From contig CP126532.1 of the NCBI GenBank assembly GCA_030167145.1, positions 1-32,000 of the forward strand: a DNA stretch of 32,000 nt, in the 5' to 3' direction. Below, in pieces: positions 8,082 through 16,170 of the stretch. The notes below the pieces were generated by a model. That model saw nothing but the letters and a program-made list of their open reading frames with translations, had not been told where the DNA came from and searched no databases. The position numbers and the translations under genes are program-made. This stretch comes from Ktedonobacterales bacterium. GTDB lineage: Bacteria > Chloroflexota > Ktedonobacteria > Ktedonobacterales > JADMIN01. Each line of letters begins with the position of its first letter. Within the stretch, counting starts at the first letter, position 1.

Positions 8082-9344
8082 TCAATCCTCCTCAAAAAGC
8101 GCGTCAACAAATTGATCGGGATCGAACGGCGCGATGTCGTTCACCTGTTCGCCAGTGCCAATGAATTTGATCGGTAGGCCAAGCTCCGAGGCGACAGCGA
8201 AAGCGATGCCACCTCGTGCGGTTCCGTCAAGCTTGGTAAGGATGACACCGCTGACTCCCGCATCTTGTACGAACTGTTTTGCCTGGAGAAATCCGTTTTG
8301 ACCAGTAGTGGCATCCATGACCAGCAACACCTCGTGTGGGGCTTCTGGGTCGTATTTTTGGAGCACACGCATGATCTTCTTCAACTCTTCCATGAGGTTG
8401 AACTTTGTGTGGAGACGACCAGCTGTGTCTACAATGAGTACGTCACTACCACGAGCTTGCGACGCTTGCATGGCATCGTACACGACTGCGCCGGGATCAG
8501 CGCCATGCTGATGACTGATAACGGGCAAGCCGATACGATCTCCCCATGTGCGAAGTTGTTCAATCGCGGCGGCGCGAAAGGTATCGCCCGCCACAAGCAT
8601 AACCCGATGTTTTTGGCGCTTAAGGAGATTGGCAAGTTTGGCAATGCTAGTCGTCTTACCAACGCCATTGACTCCTACAACAAGATAGACCGAGATACGC
8701 GATGTGTCGGAGACTACCAGCGGCTCTGGATCACCAAGCAACACGGCCAATTCTTCCTTCAGAGCAGAACGAAGTTGTTTTCCGTGGGTAAGATGCTCCG
8801 CAGCAACACGCTCACGCAACGTACTCATGAGATGTTCAGTAGTTTGGACGCCAACATCTGAAGTAATCAGTGTTTCTTCCAATTCATCCCAAATGCTTTC
8901 AGTGATCTCTTCGTCAGTTTCAAATGCTGTGCTGACCCGGCCGAAAAGTTGGCGGGTACGTCCCAGACTCAGGCCGAATGGATTGCGAAAGAACCCACGC
9001 TTGGATGCGCTTTGCCCGGAAGTAGTTTCCAACTCGTCTTCGTCGGCTGCAGTGTCTGCCTGCAGGTCGTCGTCCGTCGTGACGACAGCGTCTTGTACTG
9101 GTGCGCTGCTCGCGCTCGTGACCTGCATGACAAGAGGGTCGCCTGCACCCACTACCTCGGTGTGCGCTTCGGGAAGTGGTGGAAATGCAGGTTCTGTGGC
9201 ATGAATTGTGGGCGCCGTATCGCCAAGTTGAGCATCGGCTTCCTCAACCACATCCGCTGCGTCGGAACTTTGAGGCGGCGCTGATGCATCAACTATTGTA
9301 TCTTCTGTTCGCTTGAAGATTCCTTCGCGCAACCGTTTGAACAC
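8082..9344 (-). CDS. ftsY: Signal recognition particle receptor FtsY
   Basis: An acidic N-terminal A domain is followed by the NG domain, with GVNGVGKTTS (G1), DTAGR (G3) and TKLDG (G4). The GTG at comp. 9344 gives the typical FtsY N-terminus (M)FKRLREGIFKRTE and has GAGGAG 8 nt upstream. The ORF-track ATG at 9365 would place that SD inside the CDS. Confidence 0.9.
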   Translation of the reverse strand: MFKRLREGIFKRTEDTIVDASAPPQSSDAADVVEEADAQLGDTAPTIHATEPAFPPLPEAHTEVVGAGDPLVMQVTSASSAPVQDAVVTTDDDLQADTAADEDELETTSGQSASKRGFFRNPFGLSLGRTRQLFGRVSTAFETDEEITESIWDELEETLITSDVGVQTTEHLMSTLRERVAAEHLTHGKQLRSALKEELAVLLGDPEPLVVSDTSRISVYLVVGVNGVGKTTSIAKLANLLKRQKHRVMLVAGDTFRAAAIEQLRTWGDRIGLPVISHQHGADPGAVVYDAMQASQARGSDVLIVDTAGRLHTKFNLMEELKKIMRVLQKYDPEAPHEVLLVMDATTGQNGFLQAKQFVQDAGVSGVILTKLDGTARGGIAFAVASELGLPIKFIGTGEQVNDIAPFDPDQFVDALFEED

Positions 9345-9571
9345 GTAAAAAACTCCTCGACACATTGTCTAAGGCTCATGCTCGAGTGGGTAGAACATCT
9401 CAAGCTGCTCATTCCAACTGAGTAAGCAAGACACGACAAAATGGGCGCGCGCTGACATAAGTGTATCACTTGTCAACGGCACGCCCTGCGACCTCATCAA
9501 TAGTAGCCCGTGTTAAAGCTCACGTACCTGCGCGCTTCAAGATCTATCAAAATCAATCGCAACGGAGGGTG

Positions 9572-9790
9572 TTAACGTGCGCTGCGATAGGAATGGATGG
9601 ATCCGTCGCTCACAGGTTCGTTGATGATGATGTCCCCGTTTCGAATTTTTACATTGTAGAGGCAGTTCGGATTGGTGCAGACCCAGGCTTTGTACTGGAT
9701 CGAAGCTCCCTGGCTGCCAAAGTCAGACAGTGGCACGAGATCGCCCGCACCACACTTTCTGCATCGCGGAAATACATACTCCACGCCCAT
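9572..9790 (-). CDS. Small zinc-ribbon protein, 72 aa, uncharacterised
   Basis: Two Cys knuckles (CRKC ... CTNPNC) are spaced 24 residues apart, a rubredoxin-like or Zn-ribbon pattern. GAAGGAAGGGG lies immediately upstream of the ATG (comp. 9790). No family is recognised. Confidence 0.55.
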   Translation of the reverse strand: MGVEYVFPRCRKCGAGDLVPLSDFGSQGASIQYKAWVCTNPNCLYNVKIRNGDIIINEPVSDGSIHSYRSAR

Positions 9791-10182
9791 CGCCCCTTCC
9801 TTCAGCTCTACCTATTGCCGGCACCCACAGACACATCAAGGACTCAGGTGCGCCCTAATTCCGCTAGCAAGGCAGAGCCTCCACCACGTCGTCCGCTCGT
9901 CCGCAGAGCGCGGTGAGTGCGGTTTCACTATATCACAACCATAGCATACTTCAGGGATCATGCGCCCGTGTCTGTTATAGGGTCACACTGAATTTGGGAT
10001 CGCAAGTTTCGGACCAGGAACAGAGACATAGGCGATTGCACGGTGGGCAAAGACTGAGCATAGGAGATAGGGCTAACACGGAACGACAGAAAATGATAAC
10101 TGCTGTGCCTTCACCAGCGCCTCAATCGTTAGTACACCTGAATCGGGGGATAGTTTCGCAACGGCCAAATTGTGGCGAGTGA

Positions 10183-10211
10183 TTGTATTACGCCGTCAGG
10201 TGCGTTATACT
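10183..10211 (+). promoter_or_regulatory. Candidate sigma-70-type promoter of lon
   Basis: TTGTAT (10183-10188), a 17-nt spacer, then TATACT (10206-10211). The same hexamer pair recurs at 19812-19839. This places a transcription start about 100 nt before the lon ATG at 10321 and argues against the ORF-track TTG start at 10183. Confidence 0.4.
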
Positions 10212-10320
10212 GAGCATGAGCAGGCTGGCATCCGAGCAGTTGGCGGAATATGCGAGTAAATTCACCGCTGTTTTGCCCCGCTTCGGAAGAATGCTATCTG
10301 CCACATCTCAGGAGGAGTTT

Positions 10321-12897
10321 ATGGATAACCGCACACGGGCACCTCGGCGATCCCGTACTACCAGGGCTGACCAGACCCAGAGCGTACTGCCACTGCCACA
10401 GCACATACAAGTTGCGAGTGAGGTGGTTGGTGCTGAAGGCATGAGTGCCTTGCCGGTGCTACCTGTGCGGAATACGGTGGTACTGCCGAATATGGTGGTA
10501 TCACTTTATGTAGATCATGACGCAGCGCTTCAGGCAGTCGAGGCGGCGATGACTGGGGACCGCATGCTTTACATCGTAGCGCAGCGCTCGGAGGAGACAG
10601 AGAATCCCACTCATCACGATGTCTATTGCGTGGGCACGGAGTGCCTGGTTACACGGATGTTGCGTATGCCTGATGGGGCTAGTAGTATCCAGGTGCAGGG
10701 AATGCGACGGTTGCGCGCCGACAAGTGGCTCCAGTACACACCATTCGGGCGTGTAAGTGGTACATCGTTTGATGATCGTGATGAGTGTGGCGCGGAACTA
10801 GAAGCGCTCATGCGTACCGCACGCGGCTATTTCGCGACCTGCGCTAAGCTGAATCCGCATCTTGCTGAAGATAGCTACGTACATGCACTGAATATTGCGC
10901 GACCTGGTGCGCTCGCAGACTACATTGTGGCGCAGATTGAGCCGCCGATTGCGGTACGGCAAAGTGTACTTGAGACATTTGATGCCTCTGCGCGCCTGCG
11001 GAAGGTGTGTCAGGTGCTGCGGAGCGAGCTTACTGTTCTACAGCTTGAGCAGAGAATCCAAGACGAAGTGCAACGCGAGGTAGATCAGAGCCAGCGCGAG
11101 TTTTACCTACGTGGCCAGCTCAAGGCTATTCAGCGCGAATTAGGCGAGCAAGATCCTGCTCAGCAAGAAATCGAAGAAATCGGCGAGCGAATCAAGAACT
11201 GTAGCATGCCAAATGAGATTCAGGCTCGAGCGCTCAAGGAACTTGCACGACTTCATTCGTTGCCGCCGATGTCGCCAGAGCAGAGTGTGCTTACAAATTA
11301 TTTAGATTGGTTGGTAGCAGTGCCGTGGCGCGAGCAGACGACTGACCAACTAGATTTGAGCGTGGTCACGAGTGTCTTGGAGACGCGCCATTTTGGCCTT
11401 GAGCGAGTGAAAGATCGGATTCTGGAGTTTATTGCGGTGCGGAAGCTTGCGCCAGAGGGACATTCGCCTATCCTTTGTCTCGCTGGACCGCCGGGAGTGG
11501 GCAAGACGACCCTCGGGCGTTCAATCGCCGAAGCACTTGGGCGCAAGTTTGCTCGTATTTCTCTGGGAGGTGTACGCGACGAGGCTGAGATTCGCGGCCA
11601 CCGGCGCACGTATGTTGGTGCGCTGCCGGGGAGAATCATTCAGGCAATGAAGAGCGTCGGCTCCACGAATCCTGTGTTGCTGCTCGACGAGATAGATAAG
11701 TTAGCGGCAGATTATCGTGGCGATCCCGCTGCTGCGTTGCTCGAAGTGCTGGACCCAGAGCAGAATGCGACATTCTCCGATCATTACCTGGAAGTACCCT
11801 ACGACCTATCTCAAGTGTTTTTCATCGCAACAGCGAATGTTCTTCACACGATTCCGGCGCCACTGCGTGATCGAATGGAGATTATCGAGATCTCTGGCTA
11901 CACTGAAGAGGAAAAGGTACACATCGCGCGCGATTTCTTGCTTCCGCGTCAGGTGCGTGAGACGGGAGTCGGGCCATCACGGATAGAAGTGAATGATGAT
12001 GCACTGCGGCGGATTATTCGCGAGTACACTTTTGAGGCCGGAGTGCGCAACTTAGATCGCGAATTGGGGACAATTTTGCGTCGTGTAGCGCGTCACGTAG
12101 CTGAGGGCAGACGACACAAGGCATTGGTTACAGCGCAACGTGTGCCGTCGTACCTTGGGCCGCAAAAGTATTATCCGACCGAGGCAGAAGACCGCGACGA
12201 GGTAGGAGTGGCGACGGGTCTCGCGTGGACCGCGGCTGGTGGAGATCTCACGACCGTCGAAACTATGATGGTTCCAGGGCATGGGATACTTACGTTGACA
12301 GGGCAGTTGGGTGATGTGATGCGTGAGTCTGCCCAAGCAGCACTGACATTTCTGCGTTCGCGTGCGGCGTCTCTGGGGCTTACCGATGCATTTCATGAGC
12401 AGCATGATATACACGTGCATCTACCGGCAGGCGCGATTCCGAAAGATGGCCCTTCCGCAGGAATCACGATGGCTGTAGCAATGGTTTCTGCCTGTGCCAA
12501 TCGGCCTGTGCGGCGAGATGTGGCGATGACGGGTGAAATCACGCTGCGCGGGCGTGTGCTGCCGGTGGGTGGCATCAAGGAAAAGGTGTTAGCGGCATAT
12601 ACTGCCGGAGTCACGACGGTAGTCCTGCCGCAACGCAATGTGAAAGATTTGGATGATATTGCATCTGAGGTTCGTGAGCGACTGACATTTGTACCGGTTG
12701 GGCACATGGACGATGTATTGCGCGTAGCTCTGGCACCGATACCTATAGAAGCGGCACACATGGCGCCAATTTCAAGTTCTGGCAGTGGAGCGCGTCGTAT
12801 CGCGCAGCCTACCGCGACTCTTCCTGAAGCCTTGCCTGCGGCGATCTCCAGAGTTGCTCGATCTCGTACCCGTCGAGCCGTCGCGGTAGCGCCATAG
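10321..12897 (+). CDS. lon: ATP-dependent Lon protease (LonA type)
   Basis: Contains an N-terminal LON domain ([17 protein letters not shown]), AAA+ Walker [10 protein letters not shown] and Walker B LLLDEIDK, and a protease domain with catalytic DGPSAGITM and [17 protein letters not shown] (10311-10317) lies just upstream of ATG 10321. An alternative canonical-looking start, [11 protein letters not shown] at 10441, lacks a well-placed SD. Confidence 0.9.
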   Translation: MDNRTRAPRRSRTTRADQTQSVLPLPQHIQVASEVVGAEGMSALPVLPVRNTVVLPNMVVSLYVDHDAALQAVEAAMTGDRMLYIVAQRSEETENPTHHDVYCVGTECLVTRMLRMPDGASSIQVQGMRRLRADKWLQYTPFGRVSGTSFDDRDECGAELEALMRTARGYFATCAKLNPHLAEDSYVHALNIARPGALADYIVAQIEPPIAVRQSVLETFDASARLRKVCQVLRSELTVLQLEQRIQDEVQREVDQSQREFYLRGQLKAIQRELGEQDPAQQEIEEIGERIKNCSMPNEIQARALKELARLHSLPPMSPEQSVLTNYLDWLVAVPWREQTTDQLDLSVVTSVLETRHFGLERVKDRILEFIAVRKLAPEGHSPILCLAGPPGVGKTTLGRSIAEALGRKFARISLGGVRDEAEIRGHRRTYVGALPGRIIQAMKSVGSTNPVLLLDEIDKLAADYRGDPAAALLEVLDPEQNATFSDHYLEVPYDLSQVFFIATANVLHTIPAPLRDRMEIIEISGYTEEEKVHIARDFLLPRQVRETGVGPSRIEVNDDALRRIIREYTFEAGVRNLDRELGTILRRVARHVAEGRRHKALVTAQRVPSYLGPQKYYPTEAEDRDEVGVATGLAWTAAGGDLTTVETMMVPGHGILTLTGQLGDVMRESAQAALTFLRSRAASLGLTDAFHEQHDIHVHLPAGAIPKDGPSAGITMAVAMVSACANRPVRRDVAMTGEITLRGRVLPVGGIKEKVLAAYTAGVTTVVLPQRNVKDLDDIASEVRERLTFVPVGHMDDVLRVALAPIPIEAAHMAPISSSGSGARRIAQPTATLPEALPAAISRVARSRTRRAVAVAP

Positions 12898-12911
12898 AAA
12901 CAGTAGCGCGA

Positions 12912-13343
12912 TCAGTTGGTATTGCCAATATTGAGCCGTGCATGTTCGACCAAAATGCAACGATTTTGGATCACGATGAGGCCTGCGGCGTGCCCACGTT
13001 CCGCGGCCTCATCGTTTTTGACACCAAGTTGCATCCAGACGACTTTCGCGCCGATGCTGATTGCCTCGTCCATAATTTCCGATACATATTCCGAGCGTCG
13101 AAATACGTCAACTACTTCGGGTGGCTGTGGCAGAGCACGAAGTGACGAGTAGACTGTATGGTCAAGAATACGCTGACCTGCGAGGATGGGATTCACCAGG
13201 TACACATCATATCCTTGCTCGATGAGGTAGATGGCGATTTCATGACTAGGGCGGGTTGGTTTGTCGGAGAAGCCCACGACAGCAATGCGGCGGTGGCGGA
13301 TAAGCGCATTGTGCATTTGGCTATTGGTATTAAGTATGAGCAC
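12912..13343 (-). CDS. CoA-binding domain protein (YccU-like)
   Basis: 143 aa. RRIAVVGFSDKPTRPSHEIAIYLIEQGYDVYLVNP is the Rossmann-like CoA_binding_2 signature. The GTG start at comp. 13343 has AAGGAG 9 nt upstream. Confidence 0.8.
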   Translation of the reverse strand: MLILNTNSQMHNALIRHRRIAVVGFSDKPTRPSHEIAIYLIEQGYDVYLVNPILAGQRILDHTVYSSLRALPQPPEVVDVFRRSEYVSEIMDEAISIGAKVVWMQLGVKNDEAAERGHAAGLIVIQNRCILVEHARLNIGNTN

Positions 13344-13434
13344 GATAAGATTCTCCTTCTTTTGGTGAGGTAGCTACAGAAAGTATAGCAACATACTACA
13401 GCCCCTTGCCGAGGCTGGAATGAAAGGAGGGAGT

Positions 13435-13515
13435 ATGATGCTACAATGGCTGAACAACCTGAGCGCACAGGTCATTCCGCAGACAGCATCAGATTCCCGA
13501 CTGGAACTACTATGA
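13435..13515 (+). CDS. Candidate 26-codon leader ORF (MMLQWLNNLSAQVIPQTASDSRLELL) coupled to mutS
   Basis: A strong SD, AAGGAGGGAG (13424-13433), lies 4-7 nt before the tandem ATGATG (13435/13438). The stop TGA (13513-15) overlaps ATG 13512 as ATGA. The ORF is too short for the ORF track, and the coding status is inference only. Confidence 0.3.
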   Translation: MMLQWLNNLSAQVIPQTASDSRLELL

Positions 13516-16166
13516 CAACTCCGGCACGCCGTCAATACCTCGACATCAAAGCGCAACATCTTGATGCTATTCTTCTGTATCAGATTGGTGATTTTTTCGA
13601 GACATTCGACGAAGATGCGCGGATTATGGCGCGCGAACTTCAAATCGTGTTGACGGGGCGCTCTTTTGGACCAGATGAGCATGTACCGCTAGCAGGGGTG
13701 CCTGTGCATGCGCTTGAGGTCTACGCCGGGCGGCTTGTCGCACGAGGCTACAAGGTAGCCATCTGTGAGCAAATCACGCCGCCAGGCCGCGGATTGGTAC
13801 ATCGCGAGGTAACTCGTATCCTGACTCCAGGTACAGTCATTGACCCGGGAATCGTGCCAGTAGCACGTGATAACTATCTCGTGGCGATTGTCTCTCGCCC
13901 AACGGGAAATTCAGGATTAGCCTATGTTGACGCAAGTACTGGCGCCTTTGCATGTACAGAGTGGCATGGCGACGCAGCAAGAAGTGCCATGCAGGCTGAG
14001 ATCGGGCGATTATCCCCACCTGAGATTCTGGTAGGCGTAGGTTTTTCGTCATGGCCGCGGGGCGATGCGCATAGCGGCAGTGATACGGTAGAGCACCTTG
14101 CCGATGCGCTAGTCACAGAATGTCCAGAGCATTATTTTGATCCAGAGAATGCAAGATCGCGCCTATGTCGTCAGTTTGGTGTGACGACGTTGGCTGCGTT
14201 CGGCTGTGCGGACAAGACGCTGGCTACATCGGCGGCAGGAGCGATCCTGGCATATGTCGAACGGATGAACCCTGCGCTTGTGCGGTTACTTACAGGGCTA
14301 CGTTACTACTGCACGGAGGATTTTGTAGAAATAGATGGCCGGACATTACGCGCGCTCGAATTACTGGAGCCGACAACCGCTATAGGCGCGCAAGCGGGCA
14401 TAGGTAAAAAGGGCAGTACATTGCTGGCGACGTTGGACGCGACACAGACAGCGATGGGGGCACGGTTGTTGCGGCGTATTTTACTGCAACCGCTGCGGGA
14501 CCGAATAGCACTGGAAGAACGTCTTGATGCCATTGAGGAGTTACACGACAAACCTGTATTACGCGAGGGTATCGGGTCTGCGCTAGATGGACTGAGCGAC
14601 ATCGAACGGCTTAGCGCACGCATCACGCACGGGGTCGCTGTACCACGTGAGTTGCTTGGCTTGGCGGACTGCTTGCGGCGTGTGCCTCGCCTCCGAACAG
14701 TTCTGCGAAAGGTCGAAACTTCTAGCTGGAAAACACTTCACGCGACCCTGGACGATTGCGCTGAGGTCTGCGAACTTATTGCGCGTGCGGTGGTAGACCC
14801 ACGGGAGAAGACCGGACGCACGATTCGACCAGGATATGACGAGGACCTCGATCGAATGATCGCATCAGTAACGGATGCACGCCAATGGATTGTGTCGCTG
14901 GAAGCGAAAGAACGCGAGCGGACAGGTATAAAGTCGCTTAAGGTAGGATTCAATAAAGTATTTGGCTACTATATCGAAGTATCAAGACCAAACCTCAGTC
15001 GGGTGCCAGGTGATTATCAGCGGAGACAGACGCTCACCAGTGGCGAGCGATTCATTACCCCAGATCTGAAAGAGCACGAGGCGTTGGTACTACATGCAGA
15101 AGACCAGATTGAGCATGCTGAGCGGGCACTTTATACGAATCTGCTCAAAGCCCTTTCATCATATCAGGAGCGACTTCGGCGAACAGCCGCCGGTATGGCA
15201 CAGGCTGATGTTTGGCTGTCGTTGGCAAATGTCGCGCTTATACGAGACTATGTTCGACCAGAGTTGACCGACGCAACTAACCTGGAGATCGTAGGCGGAC
15301 GTCACCCTGTTGTCGAGGCTGCAATGGATGGGACGGAGTTTATTGCGAATGATACGCGCATGGCTCCTCTCAACGCCAGTAATTACGAAGCAAGGATCGT
15401 GCTGCTTACTGGCCCCAATATGGCAGGAAAGTCCACCTATTTGCGGCAAGTGGCGCTGATCGTACTGATGGCGCAGATTGGCTCATTTGTGCCAGCAAAA
15501 TATGCGCGCATAGGTTTGGTAGACCGTATCTTTGCGCGTGTTGGCGCACAGGATGATCTAGCGCGCGGCCTTAGCACGTTTATGCTGGAGATGGTGGAGA
15601 CAGCATATATTTTGCGATTCGCGACGCCCAAGAGTCTGATCATTCTTGACGAGGTAGGGCGTGGAACGAGTACTCATGACGGGATGGCAATTGCGCACGC
15701 TGTACTTGAATACTTGCACGATGTTAACCACGCGCGAACACTGTTTGCGACACACTACTACGAGTTGGCGGCGCTTGGCGAGCAGCTTGAACGTTTGAGT
15801 GTGTTCCGCATGGCCGTGATGGAAGTAGATGGCGAGGTAGTGTTCTTGCACAAGGTAGTACCAGGTGTGGCTGACACCAGCTATGGTGTGCAAGTAGCCC
15901 GAATGGCAGGATTGCCCGAACCAGTGATTCGTCGTGCGAGGACCTTGCTGGCGAATGAAGCACCCACAATGATGAAGGTTGCAGAGCGGCGAGAGAACTA
16001 TACGCCGATGCAGGTTTCGCGAGAAATAGCCAATGATACAGATGTTCAAGAACTGACTCAAGCCGTCGTTGCCCTCAATATCGCCGCAATGACGCCAATT
16101 GAAGCCATCAACATGTTGTTTTCGCTGCAACAGCTTGCGCTGACTTTGCTGCGCATGAAAGGGTAA
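13512..16166 (+). CDS. mutS: DNA mismatch repair protein MutS
   Basis: Contains the mismatch-binding N-terminus MTTPARRQYLDIKAQHLDAILLYQIGDFFETF (Phe-x-Glu motif), Walker A GPNMAGKST, and DEVGRGTSTHDG. I prefer ATG 13512 because it gives the canonical MutS N-terminus. The in-frame ATG at 13446 (ORF track) would add 22 non-conserved residues and cannot be excluded. Confidence 0.9.
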   Translation: MTTPARRQYLDIKAQHLDAILLYQIGDFFETFDEDARIMARELQIVLTGRSFGPDEHVPLAGVPVHALEVYAGRLVARGYKVAICEQITPPGRGLVHREVTRILTPGTVIDPGIVPVARDNYLVAIVSRPTGNSGLAYVDASTGAFACTEWHGDAARSAMQAEIGRLSPPEILVGVGFSSWPRGDAHSGSDTVEHLADALVTECPEHYFDPENARSRLCRQFGVTTLAAFGCADKTLATSAAGAILAYVERMNPALVRLLTGLRYYCTEDFVEIDGRTLRALELLEPTTAIGAQAGIGKKGSTLLATLDATQTAMGARLLRRILLQPLRDRIALEERLDAIEELHDKPVLREGIGSALDGLSDIERLSARITHGVAVPRELLGLADCLRRVPRLRTVLRKVETSSWKTLHATLDDCAEVCELIARAVVDPREKTGRTIRPGYDEDLDRMIASVTDARQWIVSLEAKERERTGIKSLKVGFNKVFGYYIEVSRPNLSRVPGDYQRRQTLTSGERFITPDLKEHEALVLHAEDQIEHAERALYTNLLKALSSYQERLRRTAAGMAQADVWLSLANVALIRDYVRPELTDATNLEIVGGRHPVVEAAMDGTEFIANDTRMAPLNASNYEARIVLLTGPNMAGKSTYLRQVALIVLMAQIGSFVPAKYARIGLVDRIFARVGAQDDLARGLSTFMLEMVETAYILRFATPKSLIILDEVGRGTSTHDGMAIAHAVLEYLHDVNHARTLFATHYYELAALGEQLERLSVFRMAVMEVDGEVVFLHKVVPGVADTSYGVQVARMAGLPEPVIRRARTLLANEAPTMMKVAERRENYTPMQVSREIANDTDVQELTQAVVALNIAAMTPIEAINMLFSLQQLALTLLRMKG

Positions 16167-16170
16167 TAGC

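Noticed and set aside
10000-10090. Partial resemblance to ykkC (guanidine-I) and GEMM-I riboswitch cores (GGACCAGGA..., GCACGGTGGGCAAAG..., AGGAGA).
   Set aside because: Key conserved blocks (GGUCCGAGAG, AAAAGCCCGGGAGA, ACGCAAAGC) are absent. The downstream gene (lon) does not fit either regulon. The element lies upstream of the best promoter candidate.
10183-10320. ORF-track N-terminal extension of lon (TTG at 10183). Similar upstream extensions exist for maf (21149), gluQ (21825), tatA (2243), tatC (2743), ftsY (9365), glpD (19777) and the prenyltransferase (5930).
   Set aside because: The extensions lack SD sequences, overlap upstream genes or promoter elements, and add residues not found at the conserved N-termini of these families. 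Internal starts with well-spaced GGAGG-type SDs were preferred.
9791-10320. Searched the lon and htpX upstream regions (9791-10320 and 544-741) for a CIRCE-type inverted repeat (TTAGCACTC-N9-GAGTGCTAA) or other heat-shock operator.
   Set aside because: No such inverted repeat is visible. Only unrelated short palindromes were found.
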